Source of the DNA: Paraglomus brasilianum
Taxonomy: Eukaryota
DNA length: 64,000 nucleotides
Assembly (NCBI GenBank): GCA_910592345.1
Contig: CAJVPI010000055.1
Coordinates: 1-64,000, forward strand
Direction: 5' to 3'
A program made the position numbers and the translations under genes. Each line of letters opens with the position of its first letter. Position 1 is the stretch's first letter. The notes below the pieces were generated by a model. It searched no databases. It was not told the origin of the DNA and saw nothing but the letters and a program-made list of their open reading frames with translations. Positions 37,280 to 49,407 of the stretch are shown in pieces.

Positions 37280-40200
37280 ATGGACACAGACAGGAGCCAT
37301 GGCAGCAGTTTCATGGATAGATTGATTACGTAAGTCTTTTTGAGACTGTCCTAGTATCTTGCAATCATTTTTTGATATTTCATATTTCGTAGTTTGTGGG
37401 ACTCTCTGCAACAATCACGACATACTTCTGCCTCACAACAACGCCCCACACAACGAATTACCCAACCAGCACATAACACACCGCGAACGTCAAGAAACTT
37501 TGGCTATAATGCTAACCATGATCGAGCCCTGGAAGAAATCAAACGATATGAAGATTTTACGACAATAGGTCAGATGTAAAAACCGTTTATCTAATCCTTG
37601 ACCTATAAGCGCTCCCAATCGCTGATCCAATTCTCTGAGCAGATTGGGTACAGGATTCAATACAAGAGCGATCGAGGCTGAACGCTCTTCGACGCGTGGC
37701 CTTGGAAAATAAATCTTCATGGAGTACATGGCTATGGTTATCGTACGAGGCAGGGCAAACATGGATTGTCGTGTCGATCGTAGGCGCAGTCATTGGTCTC
37801 AATGCTGCATTGATCGATATTATAACAGAATGGTTATCCGATATCAAACTAGGCTATTGTAAAAATTCGTGGTGGCTGAACCAGAAGTTTTGTTGCTGGG
37901 AAATAGAACGAGAAGGTACGCACTGTCAGGCGATAACTGCTTCCCAGATATCGAATTAAACTTTGCAATGTTTAATGATATTATTCTTGATATGTAGATG
38001 GGTCTTGTGACGAATGGCAGAATTGGTCGCAACATTTTATTATCAACTGGTTATTCTATATAATGTTTGCTGTAAGATTCCCGTTTACAAAGCGATTCTT
38101 CCCAATTTGATTCCAATCTGACTTTTTTCCCCCTCGTATTTCGATAGACACTCTTTGCGGCAGTCTGTGCCTATATCATTCGATCATTTGCTCCGTATGC
38201 CGCAGGGTCAGGTATATCCGAGATAAAATGCATTCTTGCTGGATTTGTTATGAAAGGATTTCTTGGTGCTTGGACTTTATTACTGAAAAGTATTGGACTG
38301 GTAAGTCACGATTGCTGATCGTAAAACAGATCATGTTTAAAATCGTATCTAACCATTTGCAACGCAAAAAAGCCCTTGGCCATCGCGTCTGGCTTAAGTA
38401 TTGGGAAAGAGGGTCCATCCGTTCATACAGCCGTTTGTATTGGAAATGTCATATCGAGAATGTTTGGAAAATTTAAACGAAATAAAGGTATATATACGGC
38501 AACGAAAATGACAATTGTTAACAAACGAGTATTTTACGATAATATTTATCGACTAGCTAAAATGCGGGAGATACTTTCGGCTTCGTGCGCAGCTGGTGTC
38601 GCGGTTGCTTTTGGATCCCCAATTGGAGGCGTTCTGTTTTCGTTCGAGGTAAGAATCCTTGACATTAAAAAAAATTACAATAGAGGGCGAAGTGAGAAAA
38701 CTGATGCATCTTATTGTGCTTTTCAATGCGACAGGAAATGAGCTCTAATTTTCCAATGAAGACTATGTGGAGAAGTTTCTTTTGTGCATTGGTTGCAACC
38801 GTTGTTTTACAGGTCGGATTTTTTGACTTGAGGACCATTAGTGGGAAATAGCGGACGAGCTGCCGTATTTTTTGTTTTACTAAATTGATATTATTTTGCG
38901 CTTATAGGCAATGAACCCATTTCGTACTGGCAAACTCGTAATGTTCCAAGTAACTTATGATCGCGACTGGCACTTTTTTGAAATCATTTTCTTCATACTT
39001 CTTGGAATATTTGGCGGTTTATACGGGGCCTTTGTAACCAAATATAATCTCAAAGTTCAAACATTTCGTAAAAAGTATTTACGAGATCATGGTGTTGGAG
39101 AAGCTACTATTCTTGCACTTCTCACTGCGCTGATTGGATATTTCAACATATTTATGAAAATTGACATGACTGAAATTCTTGGAATATTGTTCCGCGAATG
39201 CGAAGAGGGATCAAATAGTTATGAAAGTTTGTGTCAGTAAGTATAGTCACTTATCGGTATTTTTTTTATTAATAATAATGCCATTGCCTGTATCACACCA
39301 AGATGGCTGACCGATATTCTTTTTTAACAGGGAGTCACAAATGTCAAGAATGGCCTGGTTACTATTATTGGCAACCGTCTTAAGAACCGGATTTATAATA
39401 ATTTCATATGGTGCAAAGGTAGAGTGTTTTAAGCATACCATATTGAGTTTGCTCTTTTATTGTCAAGAAGTGTATGATCTTAGTTGAACTATTGCAGGTG
39501 CCTGCCGGAATATTCATTCCATCGATGGCCGTCGGAGCTACATTTGGTAGATTTTTAGGAATCATGGTGAAAGGATTGCAACAGTGAGGACTCGTTTACT
39601 TGGATAGTATATATTTTTTCTATTTATCACACGACCTACTCTTACTAAATCTCTATTTTATAGCGCGTACCCTTCTTTTCCCATGTTTGCATCATGTAAA
39701 CCGGATGTATCAGTAAGTCGAATCATTTGAACTCTATTGGTCAACTTATGCTGATCTAGGTAACTGATATTTTTGCCGTATTCAAGTGCATCACACCTGG
39801 AATGTATGCATTCTTGGGTGCTGCTGCCGCCTTAGGGTAAAAATAATTTTACTAGTCTCTTCCAAAAAATCTTTGCCATAATCGTTGTAATCTAATGCAA
39901 TGATTTCAATACCTTCTAGCGGTATAATGCATCTGACTGTATGCATTGTGGTTATCATGTTCGAACTTACCGGCGCGTTAACTTACATTCTTCCGACTAT
40001 GGTAAGGCTTGTGTGTTTTTCTCGTTCAATCCTATGCTCATCACTTATCAGTAAACCCCCCTCTCATAGATAACTTTAATGGCCACGAAGGCCGTAGGAG
40101 ATTTATTTACTAAAGGCGGAATATATCCTTTTTGACGATCGACTTGCTCGTTATTATTACTTCCATTTATTTCAATGATCATATCACGGCTGTTACAACT

Positions 40201-41251
40201 TTGTGATCTTTGACTGAGGATGTTTACAGCAGATCAAATGATACGACTGAATGGGTTTCCTTTCCTCGACAAAGAAGAATACTCATTTGGGGTCCCTGGT
40301 GAGTATAATGTGGATGTGTCAGGACAAATTTGCAGATAATTTTAATTAGTCCTTCTTTGATAGTTGCAACGGTCATGAGGAAAGATCTTGTAGTAATAAC
40401 GTCGTCAGGACAACGTCTTGATGAAATAGGTTTGTATTGGAAAGTCGAATGATATTGATTTTGCTCAAAAAAAATCGAGTGACGCCTTCTACAAATGCAC
40501 AGATCAAATGCTTTCCGAGACAAATTTCCAAGGATTTCCTGTTGTCCAAGACCGGAAAAACATGATTCTTCTCGGATATATAGGCAGATCCGAACTCAGA
40601 TATGCTATAGGTAAGGTTGCAAATAAGCATCAACTTAATTTTAGCAAACTGCAATAAATACTCACGCTGCTTTCTTTATGAAGATAAAGCAAAACATATC
40701 CGTGGCGTATCCAATAGTGCACATTGTTTCTTCAATGGCGATGATAACAGCAATTATTCAAACCTTGATAACTTTGGCGAGAGCTCCTCAAACTTTATAG
40801 ACTTTGGACAATTTATAGACCAGGTAATGGATTTGTGATTATATTTGCTTAGATCTAGCACAAGCAGTAAGATGAATTGCTATCTTTCTGTAGACACCAA
40901 TAACGGTCCATCCTCGTCTTCCACTGGAAACTGTTATGAATCTTTTCAAAAAACTGGGGTAAGATATTTAGCACTCATCCAGAACTTCAATAATAACCTG
41001 CTATCTCACTTGTTGGCTTAAATCTTTGTAGCCCCCGAGTCGTACTCATCGAACATTCAGGGAAACTTGTGGGACTCGTTACTGTAAAAGATGTGTTAAA
41101 ATATATCGCGTGCAAAGATGCAGAGGGGGCAAATAGAGCCACAGCTACAGGGTCCACAGAAGATGAATATGACATCCTTGCTGATACAAATTCTAGACGA
41201 CGGGGTTTAACATTACTTGAATTAGGTAGACGAAGGGGCAGCGATTGGTAG
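37280..41251 (+). CDS. GEF1: CLC-family Cl-/H+ exchanger (Gef1/ClC-3-like) with CBS domains; 21 exons including one AT-AC intron
   Basis: [82 protein letters not shown] motifs GFPVV and [10 protein letters not shown]. Confidence 0.96.
40123..40227 (+). other. U12-type (minor spliceosome) AT-AC intron, 105 nt
   Basis: 5' site ATATCCTTTT, branch-like TCTTTGAC at 40207-40214, 3' end TTTAC; removal gives GGC GGA AT|A GCA GAT CAA ATG. Confidence 0.9.
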
Positions 41252-41497
41252 GTGAACAACTATAAAAGAATAGGGTTGAAGATAATTGCACTATGAGTGT
41301 AGAGAAATCGGTCAAAGTTTCTAATTAGACTCCATAATGCCGTGAAACATGTTCTTTGACTTGTATAGATTTTAGAATTTTAAAATGTATTACTTTTGTT
41401 TTGTCGCAAAGCGAGAATTATGTAAACATTATGATGTGAAAACGTTTAAATTAAGTCGCGTGAGATAATTGTTTGTTTTCGACAAAATACTGCGATT

Positions 41498-42613
41498 TCA
41501 CTTGAATTTGATACTCCTCGACAAATTTGTTTTGATGCCGGTCAGTTCCCCGGCATATGGGCCAACTTTTGGAGCGACTACTCGTTTTATGCTTTTAATC
41601 CTTTTCTTTGCTCTTTCGAACTTCTTGCGATGTTTTACTCGCGGATTCCTCTGTTCCTTCTTACGAGTTGGTGTTAATCCCTTGTTCTTCATTATTTGAT
41701 AATTAATCGCACGTTTTGCGGTCTCAGGAAGAAGTTCAGCATCATTATGTTTCGGTGTACCAATGGAACTATGAGTATCCATCGATGTGCTCATCTGCTC
41801 TTCACTGGCAGACAAATAATTGAAATATGGCTTAGTATGTCAGCATTACATTTAGCGCGTAAAATCAAATAACTTACGCAAGAGAAGTAGTACTATTTGA
41901 TGAATTCTGCACAAGATCTGCAAAGGTGAGAACCACTTGAGACTGATCGCTGACGTCAGTCGTCCATATGTCATCTATGAAATCTTCCTCGCTCATTCTG
42001 TTGATCCTCTTTTTTTGCAATCTTAACGCTTCTGCTTCTTCTTCTCTTGCTTCATCCAAATCTTGAACGTCATCAGCGTCATAGTACGCTTTCCTCGATG
42101 TTCCCCATGTGTCGGTATCCAGATCATCAGCATCGCTAGCTGAAGACGAGGGTGATGAGAGTTGTTTATAGGGATCAATACTGAAATCATTGTCTTCATC
42201 TTCGCCTTCGTCTTCACCCTTGTCTTTTGGTGGGGTTTCGTCAATGTCCAAGGCAAAGACTTCCTCTTCTGACAAAATATCTGAGTCTTCTGTAATAAAA
42301 CTTTTGTTAGCTACATACCAATTGCATTCCATAAAGTGAATTGGTTGACTTGCCGTCAGCATAAAGATCGTCTTCGAGTAAGACTTTATCTCGCTCTTTC
42401 ATGACTGAAAATAGAAAGAATTCAGCATTCATGTCAATGTCGTTTGAATCGAGTTTATCGCTTACACTGATCTTCGGCGTCTCCTTCCAGGTCCTCATAA
42501 GTTCTTATGGCTTTAATCTGGCTAATTTCCCTGTTGTCATATTTCTTACTTCCCGTTTCAAATTCCTGCTTTGATTTTTTGAGGGACAAATAATTGGATT
42601 TTCGACGTCCCAT
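41498..42613 (-). CDS. SAS10: Sas10/Utp3 SSU-processome protein, short form (305 aa); exons 42613-42466, 42404-42354, 42289-41878, 41804-41498
   Basis: WGTSRKAYYDAD...EEEAEALRLQKKR...MSEEDF and C-terminal KRAINYQIMKNKGLTPTRKKEQRNPRVKHRKKF...YAGELTGIK.NLSRSIKF; exon lengths total 918 nt. Confidence 0.9.
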
Positions 42614-43206
42614 ATTTCACGTATTTCAGTAAACTTGCTTAGTCAAAAAAAAAAAAAAGAAAGTTGGGTAATAATGTCGTACAGACAAATTCACTTATTA
42701 TTATCATCTACAGTAACTTTCTAGACTTTTCCTTGAGGTAGCACATAAAATGTTAAAAAATAAATAATACACGTTAGGTAATGGTAATCTGACGTCTCTA
42801 ACTCGGCACAAAACAGTTGTTAATTAGACGCTTTCTTATATACAGCATGGCTGGCTAATTCTAAACCGTTTATTGTTATTGTTATTGTGACAGATTAAAA
42901 CGAAATCGGATTAAAACGAAAAACGGGGGACTGAAATTTAGGGACCATTTGATAATGTAGCACAAAATTTGATCATCCATATTCACGTGAAATACATAGA
43001 TTTATTTAAAATAGAATCTTTATTATTATTATTATTATACAGTCAGTTTAAACAAGTTTTTTGCGATATCATGATAATATATAGGTGTTAAGTGTGAAAA
43101 AGAAATCATAAGTATCATCATTTGACAATTATAACGTGTATTTTACAGATTCACCGTGTGTCGTTACTTACATGCGATAATGAACTAAGAAAAAGTTTGT
43201 AAAATA

Positions 43207-44430
43207 CAGTCGATTGCCGATCGAATTAACGAATATCCAATCAAATGTACTTAATGGTAACACAATTTTATTATTTGAAAACTTAACATAATAATAAGAA
43301 ACTTGTAATAGTAATTAATAGATGGTTGCTTAAGCAAAGATAAACGATGCAATTCAATTTGATTGATAAGATGCCAGATGACTGTCAAATCCTCTGTTTT
43401 AAATTCGATGTTTTCTTGTTGTTTGAGAAATATCAGTGACTTTTTAAGTGCATCTTCACCTTCGTTAAGGGAAAATTTTTCGATGCTTGCATTCGTATTT
43501 TCATTTTCCGTATCGGAGTCGTTCTCTGCGGACTTACAACCAAGAACTTCTTGTATAATCTCATCGTCGTCAAGTGCTGCGTTCGCATTTTCCGCATTGT
43601 CAACGGCAATAAATTCTGTGGTTTTAAACAGCATTGGTAACATTAATACGAACAAAATAGGGAAATATTGTAAATGATTAACATTACCACTAGCATCCAA
43701 TGGGTCAGGTAAATTCATTCGATTAATTAGTTCCTGAATTATTGTACTTTGCTCATTTGTCTCTACTGCCAACTCTTCGGCTGCCCGGTTTATGATTGTA
43801 GTATGATACGATGTCGGAAGAATTCCAACAGTTCCTAATTGTGTTTCTATCGACATTATTCCATGCGTCGAATACGTTATAGATCGCATGTTTTATGTTA
43901 TATTCCTCAAAATTATCGCGCTTTTCCAAACGTTCTTCAAGCAATTGTAACTTATGGCGCACAAAAAACTTTCGATATTGAGATTTGAAACTATGTATTA
44001 TACCTGCGTCACACAGATGACGTATTGGGTGGTAAGAATCTGATCTTAATATTTGTTGGTTCGTTTCCAGAGAAAATTTTATGCACTTAGGCGTTGTCTA
44101 ATAAGTTCGACTTTCACCGCGTAATTTTTTGTCAAACCACTTAAGCCATTCGTTGAATGTGGACACCTAATTATTACAAGATAATTACATAACTGGTTCC
44201 ATTTATAGTTCTCAGAGGACGCGGTGTTCGGCATTTGTAAATTAACAATGGTGGCAATTTATCTGTTCCTGAGGCGTTTGTTGTTAATAGTATCGAAACT
44301 TTACTTTTATTCTTTTTTTTTCCACTAAGCCTACGATCAGTCAGAACCCGACAAGGTGTCCATCGCCCAGTATAAGCCGGTTTTATCTGCATTATATATG
44401 TCATCCATACTGTACTCGTCTAATTTCTTA
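43207..44430 (-). mobile_element. Decayed pogo/Tigger DDE_1 transposon
   Basis: IYNADKTGLYW, LSGKKKNKSKVSILLTTNASGTDKLPPLLI, DAGIIHSFKSQYRK, AIYNVFDAWNNVDRNTIRNCW, acidic tail and KQPSINYY; TA-CAGTCGA terminus near 43205. Confidence 0.85.
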
Positions 44431-45559
44431 CGAAGTTTTGTAAATGGCTTTTACATTGTTTTTCCCGGTTCAACATTCGAGTTACCAACAAAATTGGCTC
44501 ACTTCGGAAAATTAAAATCAACAATAAAAAATTTTAACCATGTAATGGTGAGTACTAAAAGTTGGTTGATTGGGATTACAATTATTTTTTCTCCTGTCTT
44601 GACATCAAAGAAAATGACATATAAATTAATCATTTTTGCACAGGAAATATATGAAAAATCAATAAAATGTTTCATGAACTGAACCATGGGCGTAACTTAC
44701 TCGATGATATCTTCAAAATTGACGACGAAAAATACTTACAATGCAAATCAGCATTTATTCACGAACCATGGTGGACACCAAAAAATAAATATCAAAAATC
44801 TCAAGTATTAACTGCGATTGAAGAAATGGAAAGTGAAACAGGAGAACATTGACGGAGTGTAGGAGAGGGAATAAATGTTTATTAAATGTAATAAATAAGG
44901 ATGATGACGATCTTGAATTTTTAATGTAATTGCATCATTGAAAAAAATAATAAAGTTTCAGGCTTCTTATTTTTAGCCATCTGCATATATGATAATGCGA
45001 CTACTCTTAGCAAAGGTAAAATTTTTGGGGTCAATACGTCAGTCGCTGTGACGTCGTATATACAAAAAGTAATTGAAATAATAACAATCATTCATTTAAA
45101 GTTTTAACCTTATTCAATGAGACCCAATTCTCGAAGATGTTCTGGAATAATTACATGTGGGTTTTCGTAATACCAAACATACCTTTGTGATGCTATGCTA
45201 TATAACGGTGACGTATTCTCTCCTTTATTTCTGCGTTCCTCCGACAAAAAAAAAGTCTAAAATAATTGTGTCCGTTTATGGCAAATATATTATTATGTGG
45301 ATTTTGTTAGGCCAATAGCGTCAGTCAGTTTAGTTTGAAGATGTAGATCTTCGGCACACATTGCGAAGAGTTTTAGAAACATTGTACTAATCAGCTTAGC
45401 CGAACTGGTGGTAAAAAGCTAAAGCTAAATGTTAACCATCCAACTGACAATGGTTTTTTTTCAGTAATGATAATATACAGGCAAAATTTCTCTGGTTAGT
45501 TCTTACAGTGTTCTCCCAATGGATAGCAACAGCTCCGAAACTAAATTGCAAGTGAGACA

Positions 45560-45830
45560 ACCCAGATAAGGTTAAATTAAAAAGATGGGACCAACCAGTG
45601 GCCTCAAGCATGCCCTTAATCAAATTGGAATACGTTTGATGAGGAATCAGTGACCATTCCTCTTTCAGATCAATCTCGTTACACTGATGTGTTTTTTAAC
45701 AAACGCCACATTCAGTAGAGTTCCTTGTATATAATGTTTGGCCATTCTCATTAGCTAGCTCCTACACTGTTTACGCGCATGGAAGCCTTGCAGCCTCAAT
45801 ATCCTGGTATCGTTAACTATCTAATAAAGC
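45560..45830 (-). mobile_element. Tc1/mariner transposase C-terminal relic
   Basis: LKEEWSLIPHQTYSNLIKGM...GWS resembles the Tc1 terminal L.EEW..IP......L..SM..R motif; strongly degenerate. Confidence 0.45.
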
Positions 45831-45976
45831 AGTAACAACGTTTGCAGTCTATTACTATTGAAATATCAGAATTATGTAATTTTAAGCAATTAAATTTTTG
45901 TAATAGTAACACAACATTTACAGAATTACTGTTATTATTATTATACCTATATCATCAAAAGGACTTTTCAATTATA

Positions 45977-47978
45977 ATGTCAACATCCAAAAAACGCAAG
46001 TTATCCACAAACCTTTCTTCTACTCTTTCATCGTCTCCGCATTCGCCTGCCAGGAAGCCTAGACATTCCACCGGGCATGCACCGAATTGCGAGGATTCTT
46101 CGTGCGAGGGGTGTGATGTCGGTGAGATAGAAGTCAGCTTCGCGCTAACTGATAGCACTACACCACCGGGCCCAAGTGATTTGTTTAGAATGGCGGTAAA
46201 CGAGTCTGAGAAAGAGAATCCTGAAGAGCATGGTGGGGGCATTGTGAAGAAATTGTATGACATGGCTATAGGAGAATTTGATCGTGTATTAGGAGAACAA
46301 GAGGAAATTAGGAGAAAGGCTGGGAAAGAGGAGGAGGATTTGGAGGGAGAAACAAGCGACAAGAGCAAACTAGTCAAGGGAAAAGAAAAGGGAAGAGAAG
46401 GAGAATACGAGAGTTACACATCATTTTTATGTGATTATGCAATGTGTTGTCTTTCATTTGGAAAGTATATGCCACTCATTTCTTACATCAAGAAAAGTAT
46501 CGAATTGTTTGAGAAAGTCATTTGCGAGAATAACGACAACGGCGAAGCATGGATAGGACTTGCAAGAGCTAGGATCGCCTTGGTATGTGTACGCAAAGTT
46601 TATACCAGTAATGGTTTTTATGCCATTTATGTTGCTTTACATACTCAACGACCGCTGCATGCAAGGCGCGTATGAGTCTGCCATCGTCCGAAGACGAAGG
46701 AGAATTGGATAAAGAAGAGAATTTCAGTGAGAGCCGGAAGGAATTTTTAAACGGAAAAGAGGCCTATGAGCGTGTAAGTCTTTGGATATTCAATAAAATC
46801 GATGTATCTGTTGGGGGTAGTTGATCGAGGAATGCGCAAAAGCTACCTTAAAAAAAATAGCTGCAGCTTATAAAACCAATTCAGGGACTCTCTCTCTTTA
46901 GATCGACGGACATGTCGCGATATATATCCGAGTCTATCTTGGCTGCCAAAGATTTTTATGAATACGGAGTCTCCTATCAACCCCATGGTTTGTTCAAAGC
47001 TACCATTGTTTCTACTTGTAAATGTATACTTGCTAACTTACATATCTCGATTAGCTTATGCCTCTAAAGTATTTGAATTGTCGTTGGAATATTTGGAATC
47101 TGCTACACGAGCTCAAAACTTGGAAAATCCTGAAGAACAGGATCCATTTGTTGCCGGCTTAAAGGGGTCTTGTCTGTATTATTCGGCTATGAGTAAGAGT
47201 GCAGATGCAGCAGAAGAAATAAAGGTATAGGCATTGATGGAGGTTTGGTTTGTTTTCTCTATTTCTTTTTTGTATTACAGAAATTCCAACGGGAAACATT
47301 CTTAGCTTACTGGCCATTATGTGTCAAAAGTTACTTTTGATGGAATCAATTAAGAATCTTAAATTTGCAAATGATCACAGTGAGGATAGTTACGCCGAGT
47401 TGGTAAGTTTTGATAGAACTTTTTGTATGACCTGCTTTGCTGTGTTTTTAATAGTTCGTGTATTTAATAATCTCCCCCATTTTCACTTCAGCTTGGCCAA
47501 GTTTATATTCTGCAATCGACACTTGTTGGCAACGAGAATACAACAATGGAAGCTTTCGAACTGGGTATCGAATATTTAAAAAAAGCATTCGAGAAGAATC
47601 CAGGTAAAAAACAAGGAGAATTGAATGCATTTATCTGGATGCGTCTAACGTGGATGTTTCGCCATCGGGTTTTGTTCAACAGATAATGATGGATTACGCA
47701 CACAACTGGTTACTATGGGGGTTCTTGACGATGACGACAATGATGAGGGTGATGATGATGATAATGATGAGAGCGGGGACGATGATGATAATGATATGAG
47801 CGGTGATTATGAGGATGATAATGATGTGAGCGGTGATTATAATGATGATAATGAGAGTGGCGACTATGATGATGATAATGAGAGTGATGACTATGATGAT
47901 GAAAGTGACGAAGTGGGTAACATTTCTGACGATGATATCGGTGATGATGTCGACGGCGACGACGTTGATGATGAGTAG
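45977..47978 (+). CDS. Uncharacterised nuclear helical-repeat (TPR-like) protein with a long Asp-rich C-terminal tail, about 7 exons
   Basis: NLS-like MSTSKKRKL; H-x3-C-x4-C-x2-C cluster (HAPNCEDSSCEGC); TPR-like SIELFEKVICENNDNGEAWIGLARARIAL; chain of GT-AG introns ending in EENP/DNDGLRTQLVTMGVLDDDDND... Confidence 0.75.
47727..47975 (+). repeat. Coding acidic repeat, (GAT/GAC)-rich with roughly 27-30 nt DDDNDESG(DY) units
   Basis: Recurrent gatgatgataatgatgagagcgg / gatgataatgagagtg units. Confidence 0.8.
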
Positions 47979-48249
47979 TTCTCGAAGGATGGATAAAGGG
48001 CAAACCTGAATCATCAAACTCACACACACACACATGCCAGTACTAATGAAAGCTTTTCTACGCCTGACTTTCATATAACGTCTCTCACATTGATTATTGT
48101 TTTTGAATTTCAAGGTCAGATTTGCTCTGTAACGTTTACAAAAAATAAAAATAAAAAATAAAGCATGATTTATAAGTTCTTATAAATGAATTGCTCTCTG
48201 AGTGCTATGTGTGGGTATTAATAACATCACGTGTCCTTATCATTTTATG

Positions 48250-49228
48250 TTACTGGGGAGGAAGAAAAAAAGGTATACAGGTTAATAGAGCGCATTTAAC
48301 ATCAAAATGTTTAAGCAGATAACAAGCGATCAAAGTTGTTACTAACATAGCCTACTCCGATCAAATAGTCAGCTAAGTTTTCAACAACGAGGGTTGCTGG
48401 CCCAGGCTTTATAGGGTCCTTATAAGTGCCGATCAATATAGCCTGATTTGTCTTGACGGCAATAATACCATCATCTCCCTATGATCAACAATGTAACGCA
48501 GGTTTTGCTTAGTATTGTCCCAAGCTGGTCATATAAAATGCATATATACTGCATTACACTATACCAGTTTTCCATAGCAACTACGAGCGTCAGCCTTCAA
48601 AGTAAAGTATTTTACTGCATTCACACGGATTCCACTCCCAAAGAGAGGTGAATTATCATCCTTGAAGCCATCAAAAAGAGCACGAAACTCGACAGGCTTT
48701 ACCTAATTCAAATAAAATAATGAGAATTGTTAGATCGTAAGAACAACGGGGAGGAAAAAAAAATTGTCAGGGTTGAAACGTTCAATCATTCCAAGTACAT
48801 GTGATGATCTAACAAGAAGCTTACTCCAAATACAACACTTTTGCAACCCCAATCTAACCCGATGAATTCACTGTTTGCCGCTAGTAAAGACCAAACGATG
48901 CTCAATCTATTCACAAGATAGTCCATAAATTCATGGTTATTTCCTGAAAACTTACGCTGAAACCAGGCGACGTTGCCCAAGCTGACCCGTCATGTCCATA
49001 TATAGCAGCGTCAGATATCTTCCCTGTGCCAAGGAGATTGTTGTCAACGTATCTATGTTTGTCGCAAGATATTAAATGTCTTAGTAACTGGTCGAGAAAA
49101 ACTTCAGTATGTCCAGAGTATGTAAACGTCTTTTGAATAACTAACGACATGAACTTTTCTCTCCACTTGCATTATTACCATCCTCGTTTCTCCATTTCTG
49201 CCCATGTTACTTACCCCTGCCACGACAT
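48250..49228 (-). CDS. PFY1: Profilin, 5 exons (last coding exon is only the stop codon)
   Basis: MSWQG/YVDNNLLGTGKISDAAIYGHDGSAWATSPGFS/VKPVEF...GIRVNAVKYF.../GIIAVKTNQAILIGTY...VVENLADYLIGVGY. Confidence 0.94.
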
Positions 49229-49407
49229 GGTTAGATCTTTGAAATAAAACCGTAATAGCCGAGTGGTAAGAAGTACCTTTTCCCGTTAGAAACGGATCTG
49301 ATATAAACGGGTGTAACTATGATGTAAGGTCAGCCAATTGGGAGCTTGCGGTCGGGTGATAATAAAGATGGTTTTCTGAACACTATTCAAAATAAGTTTT
49401 TTCCTTA

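Noticed and set aside
37569..37642. TCCTTGAC (U12-branch-like) in CLC intron 2, also near 38657
   Set aside because: Donors are GTCAGA and GTAAGA, not RTATCCT, and the motif is too far from the 3' end; treated as U2 introns
47694..48113. Poly-Ile and poly-His minus-strand ORFs
   Set aside because: Antisense shadows of the Asp-rich tail
48704..48956. Long profilin intron with a gggttg/caaccc stem followed by ACA, possible H/ACA snoRNA
   Set aside because: No convincing ANANNA hinge box or two-hairpin layout found by eye
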